A program made the position numbers and the translations under genes. A DNA stretch of 55,319 nt from Chromera velia (Eukaryota): contig JAHBMJ010000153.1 of NCBI GenBank assembly GCA_018398765.1, forward strand, positions 1 through 55,319, written 5' to 3'. A model generated the notes under the pieces. The model did not search any database. It was not told the DNA's origin and saw only the letters and a program-made list of their open reading frames with translations. Shown one piece after another: positions 38,126 through 48,700 of the stretch; positions within the stretch are counted from its first letter, which is position 1, and each line of letters starts with the position of its first letter.

Positions 38126-39517
38126 GGTAAGTGCCCCCCGCTTCGCTTTCCGGGGCCATGTGGGTTGCGTTTTCTAAGTGCCTCATGCACGCTACGCTTT
38201 CCGGGGCCGTGCATGCATCTGACGCACTCCGTGCGAATGGCCCGGAAAGCGAAATTTATTCTTGTTGCCCCCGCTTTAAATTTGGAAAGTGCCTCCTCAG
38301 CTGAATTATCTTTCCGGGGCCGAGCTTGGCGTGCGTCAGATCTTCCTGTAAACGTCGGACGCAGCCATCCGTGTGGTCTGGGGGGGTGTAATTTTTGTTA
38401 AGTACCCTCTCAGCTTTGCTTTCCGGGCCATGCATACCATGTTAGATTTGACGCACTCCGTGTGAATGGTCCGGAAAGCGAAATGTATTCTTGTTGCTCC
38501 TGCTTTAAATTTGGAAAGTGCCTCCTCAGCTGAATTATCTTTCCGGGGCCGAGCTTGGTGTGCATCAAATCTTCCTATAAACGTTGGACGCATGCATCCG
38601 TGTGGTCTGGGGGAGTGCAATTTTTGTTATCTGACGCACTCCATGCGAATGGCCTGGAATTAAAGGGAAATTTATTCTTGTTGCCCCTGCTTTAAATTTG
38701 GAAAGTGCCTCCTCAGCTGAATTGTCTTTCCGGGGCTGAGCTTGGTGTGCGTCAAATCTTCGTGTAAACGTCGGATGCATGCATCCGTGGGGTCTGGGGG
38801 GATGCAATTTTTGTTAAGTACCCTCTCAGCTTCGCTTTCCGGGCCATGCATGCCATATTAGATTTGATGCACTCCGTGCGAATGGCCCAGAAAGTGAAAT
38901 GTATTCTTGTTGTTCCTGCTTTAAATTTGGAAAGTGCCTCCTCAGCTTACCTCAGCTGAATTGTCTTTCCGAGGCCGAGCTTGGCGTGCGTCAAATCTTC
39001 CTGTAAACGTCGGATGCATACATCCATGTGGTCTGGGGGAGTGCAATTTTTGTTATCTGACGCACTCCGTGCGAATGACCCGGAAAGCGTAAAATTTATT
39101 CTTGTTGCCCTTGCTTTAAATTTGGAAAGTGCCTCCTCAGCTGAATTATCTTTCTGGGGCCGAGCTTGGCGTGCATCAGATCTTCCTGTAAACGTTGAAC
39201 ACAGCCATCCGTGTGGTCTGGAGGGTGTATTTTTTGTTAAGTGCCCTCTCAGCTTCGCTTTCCAGGCCATCTGACGCACTCCGTGCGAATGGCCCGGAAT
39301 TAAAGGGAAATTTATTTTTGTTGCCCCTGCTTTAAATTTGGAAAGTGCCTCTTCAGCTGAATTATCTTTCCGGGGCCGAGCTTGGCGTGCATCAAATCTT
39401 CCTGTAAACGTCGGACGCATGCATCCGTGTGGTCTGGGGGGGTGCAATTTTTGTTTAAGTGCCCTCTCAGCTTCGCTTTCCGGGCCAAGTGCCCTCTCAG
39501 CTTCGCTTTCCGGGCCA
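38126..39517. repeat. Tandem array of six ~185-230-bp units with nested inverted repeats
   Basis: Units begin at 38217, 38446, 38629, 38862, 39055 and 39269 (atYtgaYgcactcc...); shared core gctttaaatttggaaagtgcctcctcagc; extra copies of ttcgctttccgggcca-like submotifs at both ends. Confidence 0.95.
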
Positions 39518-39816
39518 TTATTAGCGCGAGACATGCGGAGACGGACAAGTTTGGTCCATACACGTCCATACTCAGCTTCTCGCAGATTCTCGCAGTGACT
39601 GAAACGAGCCATGACGAGCCTTGACTTTTGTGCAGCACCACCAGCAGAGAACGACATGAATGTTTTTTTCTGACCACTGAAGTATGCAGGGTCACCGTCA
39701 AGTCAAGAACAGCCGAGACCAGACTGTCTCCGAAACGAGCCGTCATAGTTCTTCCTGAAAGGTTTCACCTTCCGTCAACTCCGACCTCAGTGTTTCCCGT
39801 CCTTTCGCCCCCCATT

Positions 39817-40323
39817 ATGGATCCGACTGGTGGAAAGGCTAGCGGCAAAGCTGTCTCCTGCGCAGTGCCCAATGCGAACGACCCAGAGTCGAAAGACGCA
39901 AAGCGCATTATAGAATTTCTGAAAGAGAAGGAGAACTCCGTTTATATTTTTGAGAGGATGCAGGAGGACCAAGTCCGAGGGGAATACTTCCTCGACGCTG
40001 CCTGCCTCCCCCACACAAGGGTGTCCTGGCAGGAGTTCAACGCCCAAAGTGTGCCTGTCCCCCCTGTGTGCTCCGGAGACCCGGCCTCGTTCGACACCAT
40101 GTGCTCGCTCCTTCAAGCATCCTTCAAGGAAAATGGGGTGAATCTTCGCTTCGTCGATGGCAACCGAACTCAGAGACTGGGCACTGACATCAACACTGCG
40201 TTGACGATGACAAGAGAGGGTGAGGCGCCATCTCTCGTTCTCCGGCTCAGAGACACTGAGAGACTGGGAAAATCCTCCCGCGTCACATCATTCTGCACAC
40301 AGACAGACAGACAGACAGACAGG

Positions 40324-40395
<72 letters not shown>

Positions 40396-41909
40396 GCCAC
40401 AGAGAGAGAGACATACTGCGAGTGACGCGGCGCTCATTCGTCACTTGCAGCCATGATGCAGAAACCGATGAATGAATAGGTGTTCGAATGAATGCAAGGT
40501 CGGCTGCACGGTATGTCTCAAATAAACCGCATGCAGCGCATTCGGTCATGGACGCGTAGGCAGGCAGGAGGGGGGCAAGTAGGAAAAGGGATCTTCTGCA
40601 GATGGATTCGTTTCGCGGGCCTTGCTCTACGTGATGATCTGGAGAACGAAGCAACGCACTGATTCAACTCTACTGACTGACTGACTGACTGACTGACCGC
40701 ACTCGTCCCGTGGGAGGTCCTCGCAGTCACCGTTCTCCTTGCAGCAAGCACCCGAGCAGGCGGCGGCGTCACAGTGCTTCCCGTCGCCCTTGTAGAGGCC
40801 GGATACATCCTGTACGCAAAGCCAACCCCTGGATCTGCTAATGGAGGACTAGAGAAGTCTCTGCTCCCTCACACCACACAGAAAGGCAATGAAGAAAGGG
40901 TGTCTTCATTCCCCTCTGAGCTTCGCAACGACATTGCCACCCTGAATGCCGCCCTCCTGATCGATGCCACTCATCCTGTCCTGGAGGACGTCAAGACTCG
41001 ACTTGCAGATGTCCACGGCGTTTCTCCCCAACAGGTGAACTTGATCAGAGTTTTTGAAGGGTCGAGCTGCTTCGAGTACACAGTTCTGGACCTTCCACAG
41101 GAGCGCATCTTTGAGGGGATTCGAGATGGCCACCTGATTCGACAGCTCAGGTCCAAATTCGACGGTTTCTTCCAGCTAAAAATTCACCCGCTGTTCTTCG
41201 GATGCGATCTGGACATCAACCTCTTCGACCAGCGCGGTCACAAGAAGAACACGCAGTTCTCCCGAACAACGCCTCAATTGGCCCCCCGAACCAGAAAGCT
41301 GTGTACACCCCCCCCTCAGGGTACTGCCGCTTCGGCCTGGAAGTGTTGGACAAGCCCGAGTACGGTGGAAACGCCTGGTTGGAGCCTTTCTCCGTCTCCA
41401 ACCCGAATCTCTGGTGGCGCGCCTTCCATGGGGTGAAGAACGTACAGAGACGCGGTGTGGAGACGTTGACGGCCACTGAGAGGATTGTGAGGGATGGCTT
41501 TTTGCCTTCCAGAACGGGCCGACATGGTCCTGGGGTGTACTGCTCGCCTGACACGAGAGTCGTCCAGCCACACTACGCAGCCAGGCAAACTCTCCAGACC
41601 ATCAGGGGGGCCAAAACGTTTGAGTGGATGTTTCAGGTCAGTCAGGAAACCAAAGAAGGGGGGGGTTGGAAAGGGGGGCTCATTCCGGGAAGATCAAAAG
41701 CTTGCAAGGGGCTGACAGATGCCTGCAGGTTGTGTGGCTCTGCCCTCAGCTTAGCTCATTAATTTGTGTTTTCCTATATCTTTGCTCTCCTGTACGTGCA
41801 GCTTGCTGTCAAACCTGACCCTGCCACCCAGACCGGAACGCCGAATATCTGGCGCGTGAGGGATCCACGAGATATTCGAGCGTACGGGCTCCTTATGCGC
41901 GAAGTGTGA
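39817..41909 (+). CDS. NEURL4/PARP-like ADP-ribosyltransferase-fold protein with a frame break near 41240-41275
   Basis: Exons 39817-40219, 40745-41636, 41802-41909. C-terminal domain YTPPSGYCRFGLEV...WL...WWRAFHG...IVRDGF...HGPGVYCSPD...HYA...MFQLAVKP...NIWRV.DPRDIRAYGLL matches the 'YxxPxGWxRFGL / W.V.YHG / GIYCSP / DIRPYGIL' ART family. The ORF in the 40774 frame must move to the 41202 frame between RGHK and IGPP. Confidence 0.8.
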
Positions 41910-42259
41910 CGCACTGACAGACTGGCTGACCGACTGACCGGGTGACCGACTGACTGACTGCATGGCCGATGATTGTGTGTGGACGGGAAGCCGAAGATTT
42001 CGAAGAACGAAGCAAACAGCTAACAGAGTGCCGAGCACGAGATTCATGCAAAAGACTTGGGTTGTCTTTTTTACTTTTTCCTTCCTTCCTTCCTTCCTTC
42101 CTTCCTTTCTTTCTTTTCTTTTCTTCACTCTTTCTTTCATTCGTTCATTCGTTTATTCGTTCGCTTTTTTTTTGTTCTTTCTTTCTTTCTTTTCTTCCTT
42201 CGGTCCTTTCTTCGTTCTCTAGCTTCGTTCTTTTTCTTTTGCTCATTCGTTCTTCATTC

Positions 42260-42322
<63 letters not shown>

Positions 42323-43313
42323 TTTCCCTGCCTCTGTCCCTCTTTCTCTTCTGTCTCTCTCTGGTTCTCTTTCGTCTCTTCACAATTTCTGTTTTGTGTT
42401 CTGAGACATTTCCTCTCGAGTCGTCTTTCGGTTTTGTCTGGAAATATTCGGAACATGCTGAGCCAGCTTGTACATGCATGCAGTTGAGAGAGAATTAATC
42501 AGGATTTAAGACTGATGCACGCAGTGCCACGCACGCAACCTGAGTTCATTCATCTGCAGATTTTTCAGGGGAGTTGTCTGCCTTTTCGCATCTGTTGCGG
42601 CCTCGTGGGGTAGTTAGGGCGGCGTTATGAAGTGAAGCGGCTTCATGCCTGCCTGCTGTCTTGTCTGTGTGTGAATTTTGACTTTCGATCAAGAAAGAGC
42701 AAGTCCATGAGGGAAAATTAAGCTTAACGAATGCGCAAAAGAACGCGTCTGACTCACAGGATCCCAGTATATCGATACCAATCCCAATATAAAGTGTTAA
42801 AATAAAAGATCGAAAGAAAAAAGTCTTTAAAAAAAAACTTAATTGAAAAGAAACTTTAAGAATCGGAAAAAGAAACGAAAATATACAAAATATGTATATA
42901 TATAAAGAATTAAGAAGAAAAAATCAAATAACGAAGCGTACATAGATTATCTTTTATGGATATTACTCTACAAGTGGTTTCGTTTTGATAGAGCTGTTAG
43001 CTAGACTATTAAATATTAGACCAAAGTTAGTCAGTGACACTCAGTGTCACTCAGTGATAGTCTGAATCATAGCTAGAATCATAGTAATTAGGTCACCGTT
43101 CGTTAGAGTTTTAAGCCAGAGCCTTAGTGACGGCTTACCCATGGTGATGATGATGATGATGAGGTTGGATAAACCCCAGGCTAAACCCGGTAGCCATTGT
43201 GTCCCAATGGCTAAGGGCAACCCATGCGTACTATATTCAAAGTTATTTGTTCACGCGACCTAGGCCTGGAGAGGCGATTAATAATGGTTGACACTAGCGG
43301 GCTTACTGGTTTT

Positions 43314-43348
<35 letters not shown>

Positions 43349-43885
43349 CCAAGTTAAATTAAGTAAGTACTGTTAAACCAACTCAAAGCCTAGCTCAGAA
43401 AAGTGCATCAAATCATACAGAAAATATATATAAATATTATTATATTATATCCATATTTACTATTTAGTACATAGTCTGTATATACTAACATATAGATTGA
43501 TTGATTGATTGATTGATTGATTCAAGTTAACTAGTTCATTGATTGGTTCTAGTACCGTTCTACGCTAGGCTTTCCCGCTAATTGCATGGGCCGCTATGTT
43601 AAGGTGTTGCTACTACTAGCAGGGCGCGGCGTTCCTCAGCTAAGCTATATGGTGTATCAGACCTCGCCCTCGGGGCCCGCCGGGAGTACAAGGCAACTCC
43701 GCCGACTGAAGAAACCGACAGACAAAACTGACAGATGCGTTTTCCCCTTTTCCCATCAAATTCACACACGTGGACACCCACATCGTGACATATTGTATAA
43801 ATCTCCTGTCTTGTACTCCATTGGAGTTTCTCCGCTGACTTGACGCGCTTCCAAAAAAGCATATTCACATGTATAAATCAAATGC

Positions 43886-44181
43886 TCAAACAGCGTCCAA
43901 AGGTCCTGAGACGCTTTCGAAATCTTTCCGCACTCCCTGAAGCGACGGGTTGCCGACGCTCACCGATGCTGCAGGGAGTGCGAGTCCTTTCAAAGGTCTG
44001 GAGTTCGGAAGCAGATGTGCTCTCTCCCTGATCGCCCCCTGGCAGAGCATCGAGAGAGGGTGGAGGACCGCCTCCCCCCCCACTCTGAGAACACGAAACT
44101 CCGCGTTGCCTCCCGACACGATATGGGACTCTGCCTTCGACCCCAGGTCAAGGACGGCCCACCGCCCGAGCTCAACAAGGC
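43886..44181 (-). CDS. Duplicated terminal exon of the FAAL-ACP-Pls-type gene (candidate alternative last exon)
   Basis: 296-nt copy of 45736-46031 (offset 1850) with its own polypyrimidine tract, CAG acceptor (44182-44184) and intact stop; 7 substitutions. Confidence 0.6.
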
Positions 44182-44485
44182 CTGCAGGCAGAAAGAGAAA
44201 AAGATGACGCACGGAGAACTGAATTTTTCTGGTCAACAGTTGCAGGACGGACAGCTTTGAGCTTTCAGAAACCTTATGTTTAGAAGTATTCCACGGAAGA
44301 TAAGAAGACTTTCAAGCCATGAAACGGCCAGAAGTCTTTCAGCAGCATACACTTTCAGAAGGAGAAAACGCCTTGCGCCATCCTTCCATCACCCCGATGA
44401 TTGGTGCGTATCAGCCCACGCCATGTGTACGATCAAATCACGAGCATCCGGCCACTGACGTACATGTACGTACACTCACTTCCGT

Positions 44486-44525
<40 letters not shown>

Positions 44526-44723
44526 TTTCGTTGCTCTAAGGACACTCTCTTCCTCCCAGCTTCCCATGCTCCTACCCTGGTAGACTCCCACCCTCTGTTA
44601 CCCCGTCACCCCCTCACTCAACTCCTGCCTGTCCCTCTCCCGCCCTCTCCATCTTTCTCTTCTCCCTCATGATCCTTCCTTTCTACCTCCTTGCATGTTC
44701 GCTTCTTTCCCTTTTTCATTTTT

Positions 44724-44755
<32 letters not shown>

Positions 44756-44783
44756 TCATTCATTCATTCTTTCATTCATTCAT

Positions 44784-44823
<40 letters not shown>

Positions 44824-45735
44824 CCTACTTCCATTCTTCTTTCATTCCCTTTCTTCTTTCTTTTCTTTCTTTCTTTCTTCTTGTCTTGCTTACTCTTTTT
44901 CTTACTTCCGTCCTCGGTTCGTTTCTTTCTTCCTTCCTTCCTTCTTTCTTTCTTCCTTCCTTGCCTGCTTCCTTCCTTGCCTGCTTCCTTCCTTCCTTCC
45001 TTCCTTCCTCCCTTCTTTCCTTCTTTCCTTCCCTCCCTTCCCTTCCTTCCCTTCCTTCCCTTCTTCCCTCCGCCTTCTTCCCGCCTTGTTTACACCATCC
45101 TAAGACTTTCTTGTACGTTTCCCGTTTTCCTCGACCCATTCTCTTTGCTCCCTTCCATCCCTATTGTTCTGCCTCCATACTTTTCTTCTTCCGTGTTTCC
45201 CCCAGGCCGGGTCCCTTCCTTACATGAGCCTCCCTTCCGAGTTCCCAACCCCTTCTCTTGGTCCTTTTCTTACCGTCTTGTGCCCTCTTTGCATTCTTTG
45301 AGGCTCTTCCCCTCGGAGCCCTACTGCATCCACCCTCCTTTCCTCCGACTTTCTTAATTCGTCGTCACGTCTGTTCCCTATGTCACTTACTACCCCAGCC
45401 ACGCAAGCAGCTCAGCCAGTACATGTTTCACAAACAAGGAGACGGCCCGTCGGATGGAGTCGCATGCCATGTAACCCAGCCGGCCACGCAAGCAACCACT
45501 CAGCCAGTACATGTTTCGTATGACATACAACGTATCGGTCACACAAGTGACGCATAGGAAGCCCAGCAATGCTCGACTGCATCCGACTGGAGATTCCCTG
45601 CGCACAGTACAGTGTATAATTGCCGCTCTTTTCCGTGGGTCGGTATTTTGTCCGGGCTATTTCCATGTTATGAAGACGAAACCTCTCGGTGTAAAAGAAA
45701 AAACGACTGACCAAAGTCACACGTAAACCAGGTGC

Positions 45736-48700
45736 TCAAACAGCGTCCAAGGGCCCCGAGACGCTTTCGAATTCTTTCCGCACTCCCTGAAGCGACGGGT
45801 TGCCAACGCTCACCGATGCTGCAGGGAGTGCGAGTCCTTTCAAAGGTCTGGAGTTCGGAAGCAGATGCGCTCTCTCCCCGATCGCCCCCTGGCAGAGCAT
45901 CGAGAGAGGGTGGAGGACCGCCTCCCCCCCCACTCTGAGAACACGAAACTCCGCGTTGCCTCCCGACACGATATGGGACTCTGCCTTCGACCCCAGGTCA
46001 AGGACGGCCCACCGCCCGAGCTCAACAAGGCCTGCAGGCAAAATAGAGATCGAGCGCAAGGCGAAAGGACAACTTGAGAGACGCAGGAGAAGAGGAGAGC
46101 TTCCGGACAAGCACAGAAGGTAGATATTGGGAAAGGAATGAGGGATAAAGCAGAAAGCCGCAAAGACTCGAAATTTCAGTGAGTTTCGTGGTCTCATCCG
46201 CACGGACACACAATCCCCTGACCGAATTTCTTTCAACACGCCCCTTTTTCACCATGCACACTTGTCACTTGCTGTCACTGAAATGCATACAGGAATACGA
46301 ACAGAGGATCTGCCCAGCACAGCACGTTGGAAAAAAAAGGAGACGCACCGCCGTCATTTGGGTCCAGATGTGCCCCATCGCATATCAGCACGGTGTCTAG
46401 ATCGAGCCTGTGTCCGAGTGCTTTCAAAAGGGCGTTATGAACCCAGGTCCCCTGCATGATTGGGATCAGTGCGATTCTCATCACACCGAAGACTTCCTGC
46501 ATGTGTTGCAACAACACACTTCTGGCAGACCCCTGCGGGAACTCGGTCTCGGAGCGTTTCACTCCGATGAACACCCAGTGAAACGCGAATGTCTGCACCA
46601 CAGCCGCGCCAAAGAGAATGGACAGGACGATGGCAAATGCAACGGGAACCCGTTCGACTGTGTCCCACCCATCCTCATACAGAGGTGCATCTCGGACTGT
46701 TTCTCCTGCCACCAGCAGAGTCCCACACCAAAATACTGCATGACAGAGCTGCAGTAGAAGGTGGAGGGCGTACACAAGCCGTTTGGATGCCGTGCTCTGT
46801 GCGTGCGGCAGACTTGAGAGGAGACCATCCCCCTGCGCTCCTGCAGGAGAGGGAGCCTCAATATCCCCCCCTCTCAGCCTGGCGCCTGCTGGTGCACTGC
46901 CACTGTGACCCGGTTGGCGTCCCGTGGCTGATCCCGGCACCTCTGCATCATCGGACATGAACGAATTGCGACGCCGATTGAAAAAAGCTTCCTCTAAGGC
47001 GTCGTCAGGGTCTTCAAAGTCGATGTTCGGTCCTCTTGGGGTGGATGTTTTGTTTGAAACAGCCCGAATGAGCTGGGAGGAGAACATGCTCAACCGGGAT
47101 TGGGTCTCCCTTCTGATGGGTGCTATGCCGGGTGAGATGAGGACAGTTGACTTTCTGTTCTTCAAACTGGCTTTGCCGGTCCCCAACTGAATTTTCAAAG
47201 GGTTTCCCATACCCACCCTCCCCCTCTGCAAAACGTCCCCCTTCCGAATGCGTGTGCCCGGGGAGGTTCCTAAAGCCCCCTCATTTGCAACCGCCCCCTC
47301 TTCCCACCTAGTTCTCAACCCCACCTCCATCCCTCCCGGTACCTCTATTGTGGGCTTCATGACAGACCACCAGGGGGGAAGCAGTTTGTCCCTAGTAAAC
47401 AGAGACCCGATCCAGGTCCAGACAGACTTCGCAACCCCCTGAGGCCACTCGGGAACGAACAAGGGAGAAGACATGAAGCTGTGTTGCCCCACACTAACAA
47501 GATGCGCTTTCGAAGGTGCAACAGACTCTGGGATGAGCAACGCGGTGGCTGTCGGGTGAACCCGAAGGCCCAAAGCCCGGTGCCATGAGAGGCAGAGTGC
47601 TGTGCGGGGGAAAATGCGAAACCAGAGATTCCAAGTCCATCTGCCGTAAAGGTCAACGGCAAGGGGGGCAAGAAAAGTCCATTTGAGCAGAATCACACAC
47701 GCAGCATTGGACAGTCCAACAAGAAGAAAGACAGCAAGCTGTGTTGCAATAATCTCGATAGACTTCTCCGTCCAAGTCTCCAGTCTCCCTTCGAGAGGAG
47801 ACTCAGGAATCACCCACGCCCACAGAGCAGAGAAGGCTGCAGACTGAGTTGCAAATGCAAACACCAACAAAAGACGATACCAATCCTCCACCACCTCCCA
47901 CCCACTTCGTGCCCGCCCCCCCTCCCCGTCCTTCACTAGTTTGGCAGGAACCCCCTCGTACCTAGACCCCGGACCCTCCTCCAATCTATCCCCCACCAGG
48001 ACCACACTCCCCGCCGCCACCTCCACATCCTTTCCCACAACGCTCCACGGATAAACAATGCCACCCCCTCCGACCGACGCCCCTCTCTCGATTTTCACCG
48101 GTCCGAAGAACAAACTCCGACCGCAAAAAACCCGAGCGAGGAGTAGCCCCTTCACGTGTGCACGGGGACCGACCGACACGAAGTCCCAATCCCGGAGGAA
48201 GCTCTCGATGCGGGCGCTCATTGACACCCGGGCTCCCAGGAGGATGTAGAACAGAGAGGCGAGGGGGGTGTCGAGAACATACGACCCAGCGGATGTTTCC
48301 CACACAGCAGCAAGACGCTGCACCGTCCACCACCGGGCGAACTGAAAGCTCCACCGCCTGACAGGGCCCTTAGGGCGCCATCTGCCGAGCAGGACCCACT
48401 TGCTGAGAATCACGACGGCGCTGAATGTGAACCCGTATAGAACGAGGGAGGCCACAATCAGAGGACCCGCTCGTCCATTGATATTCCACCAGTTGGTGTC
48501 TTCCCACAATTCCTGAGGGAAGGAAGGAGGGAAAAATCAAGGTTGGAATATGAGAAGTCAAATTTATATTCATGTCCCATGGGATCGCGTTTGAGTGGAT
48601 GGCAACACATTAGAAAGAAAGAAGATCGCGTTTCCCGGCTGAACGCAAGTCGCGGTTTATCAAATTCGAAATTCCCCGAAAAAAAGAAGCCGAGAGTCAT

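Noticed and set aside
38217..39517. U1 or other spliceosomal snRNA gene cluster
   Set aside because: Sm-like AATTTTTG and GCACTCC are present, but there is no ACTTACCTG 5' end or U1-70K loop and the element order does not match.
38947..39657. 236-aa repeat ORF with SAEEALSKFKAGATRI, superficially like helicase-C or DERA motifs
   Set aside because: Most unit lengths are not multiples of three, neighbouring units break frame, and flanking catalytic motifs are absent; conservation is better explained at DNA/RNA level.
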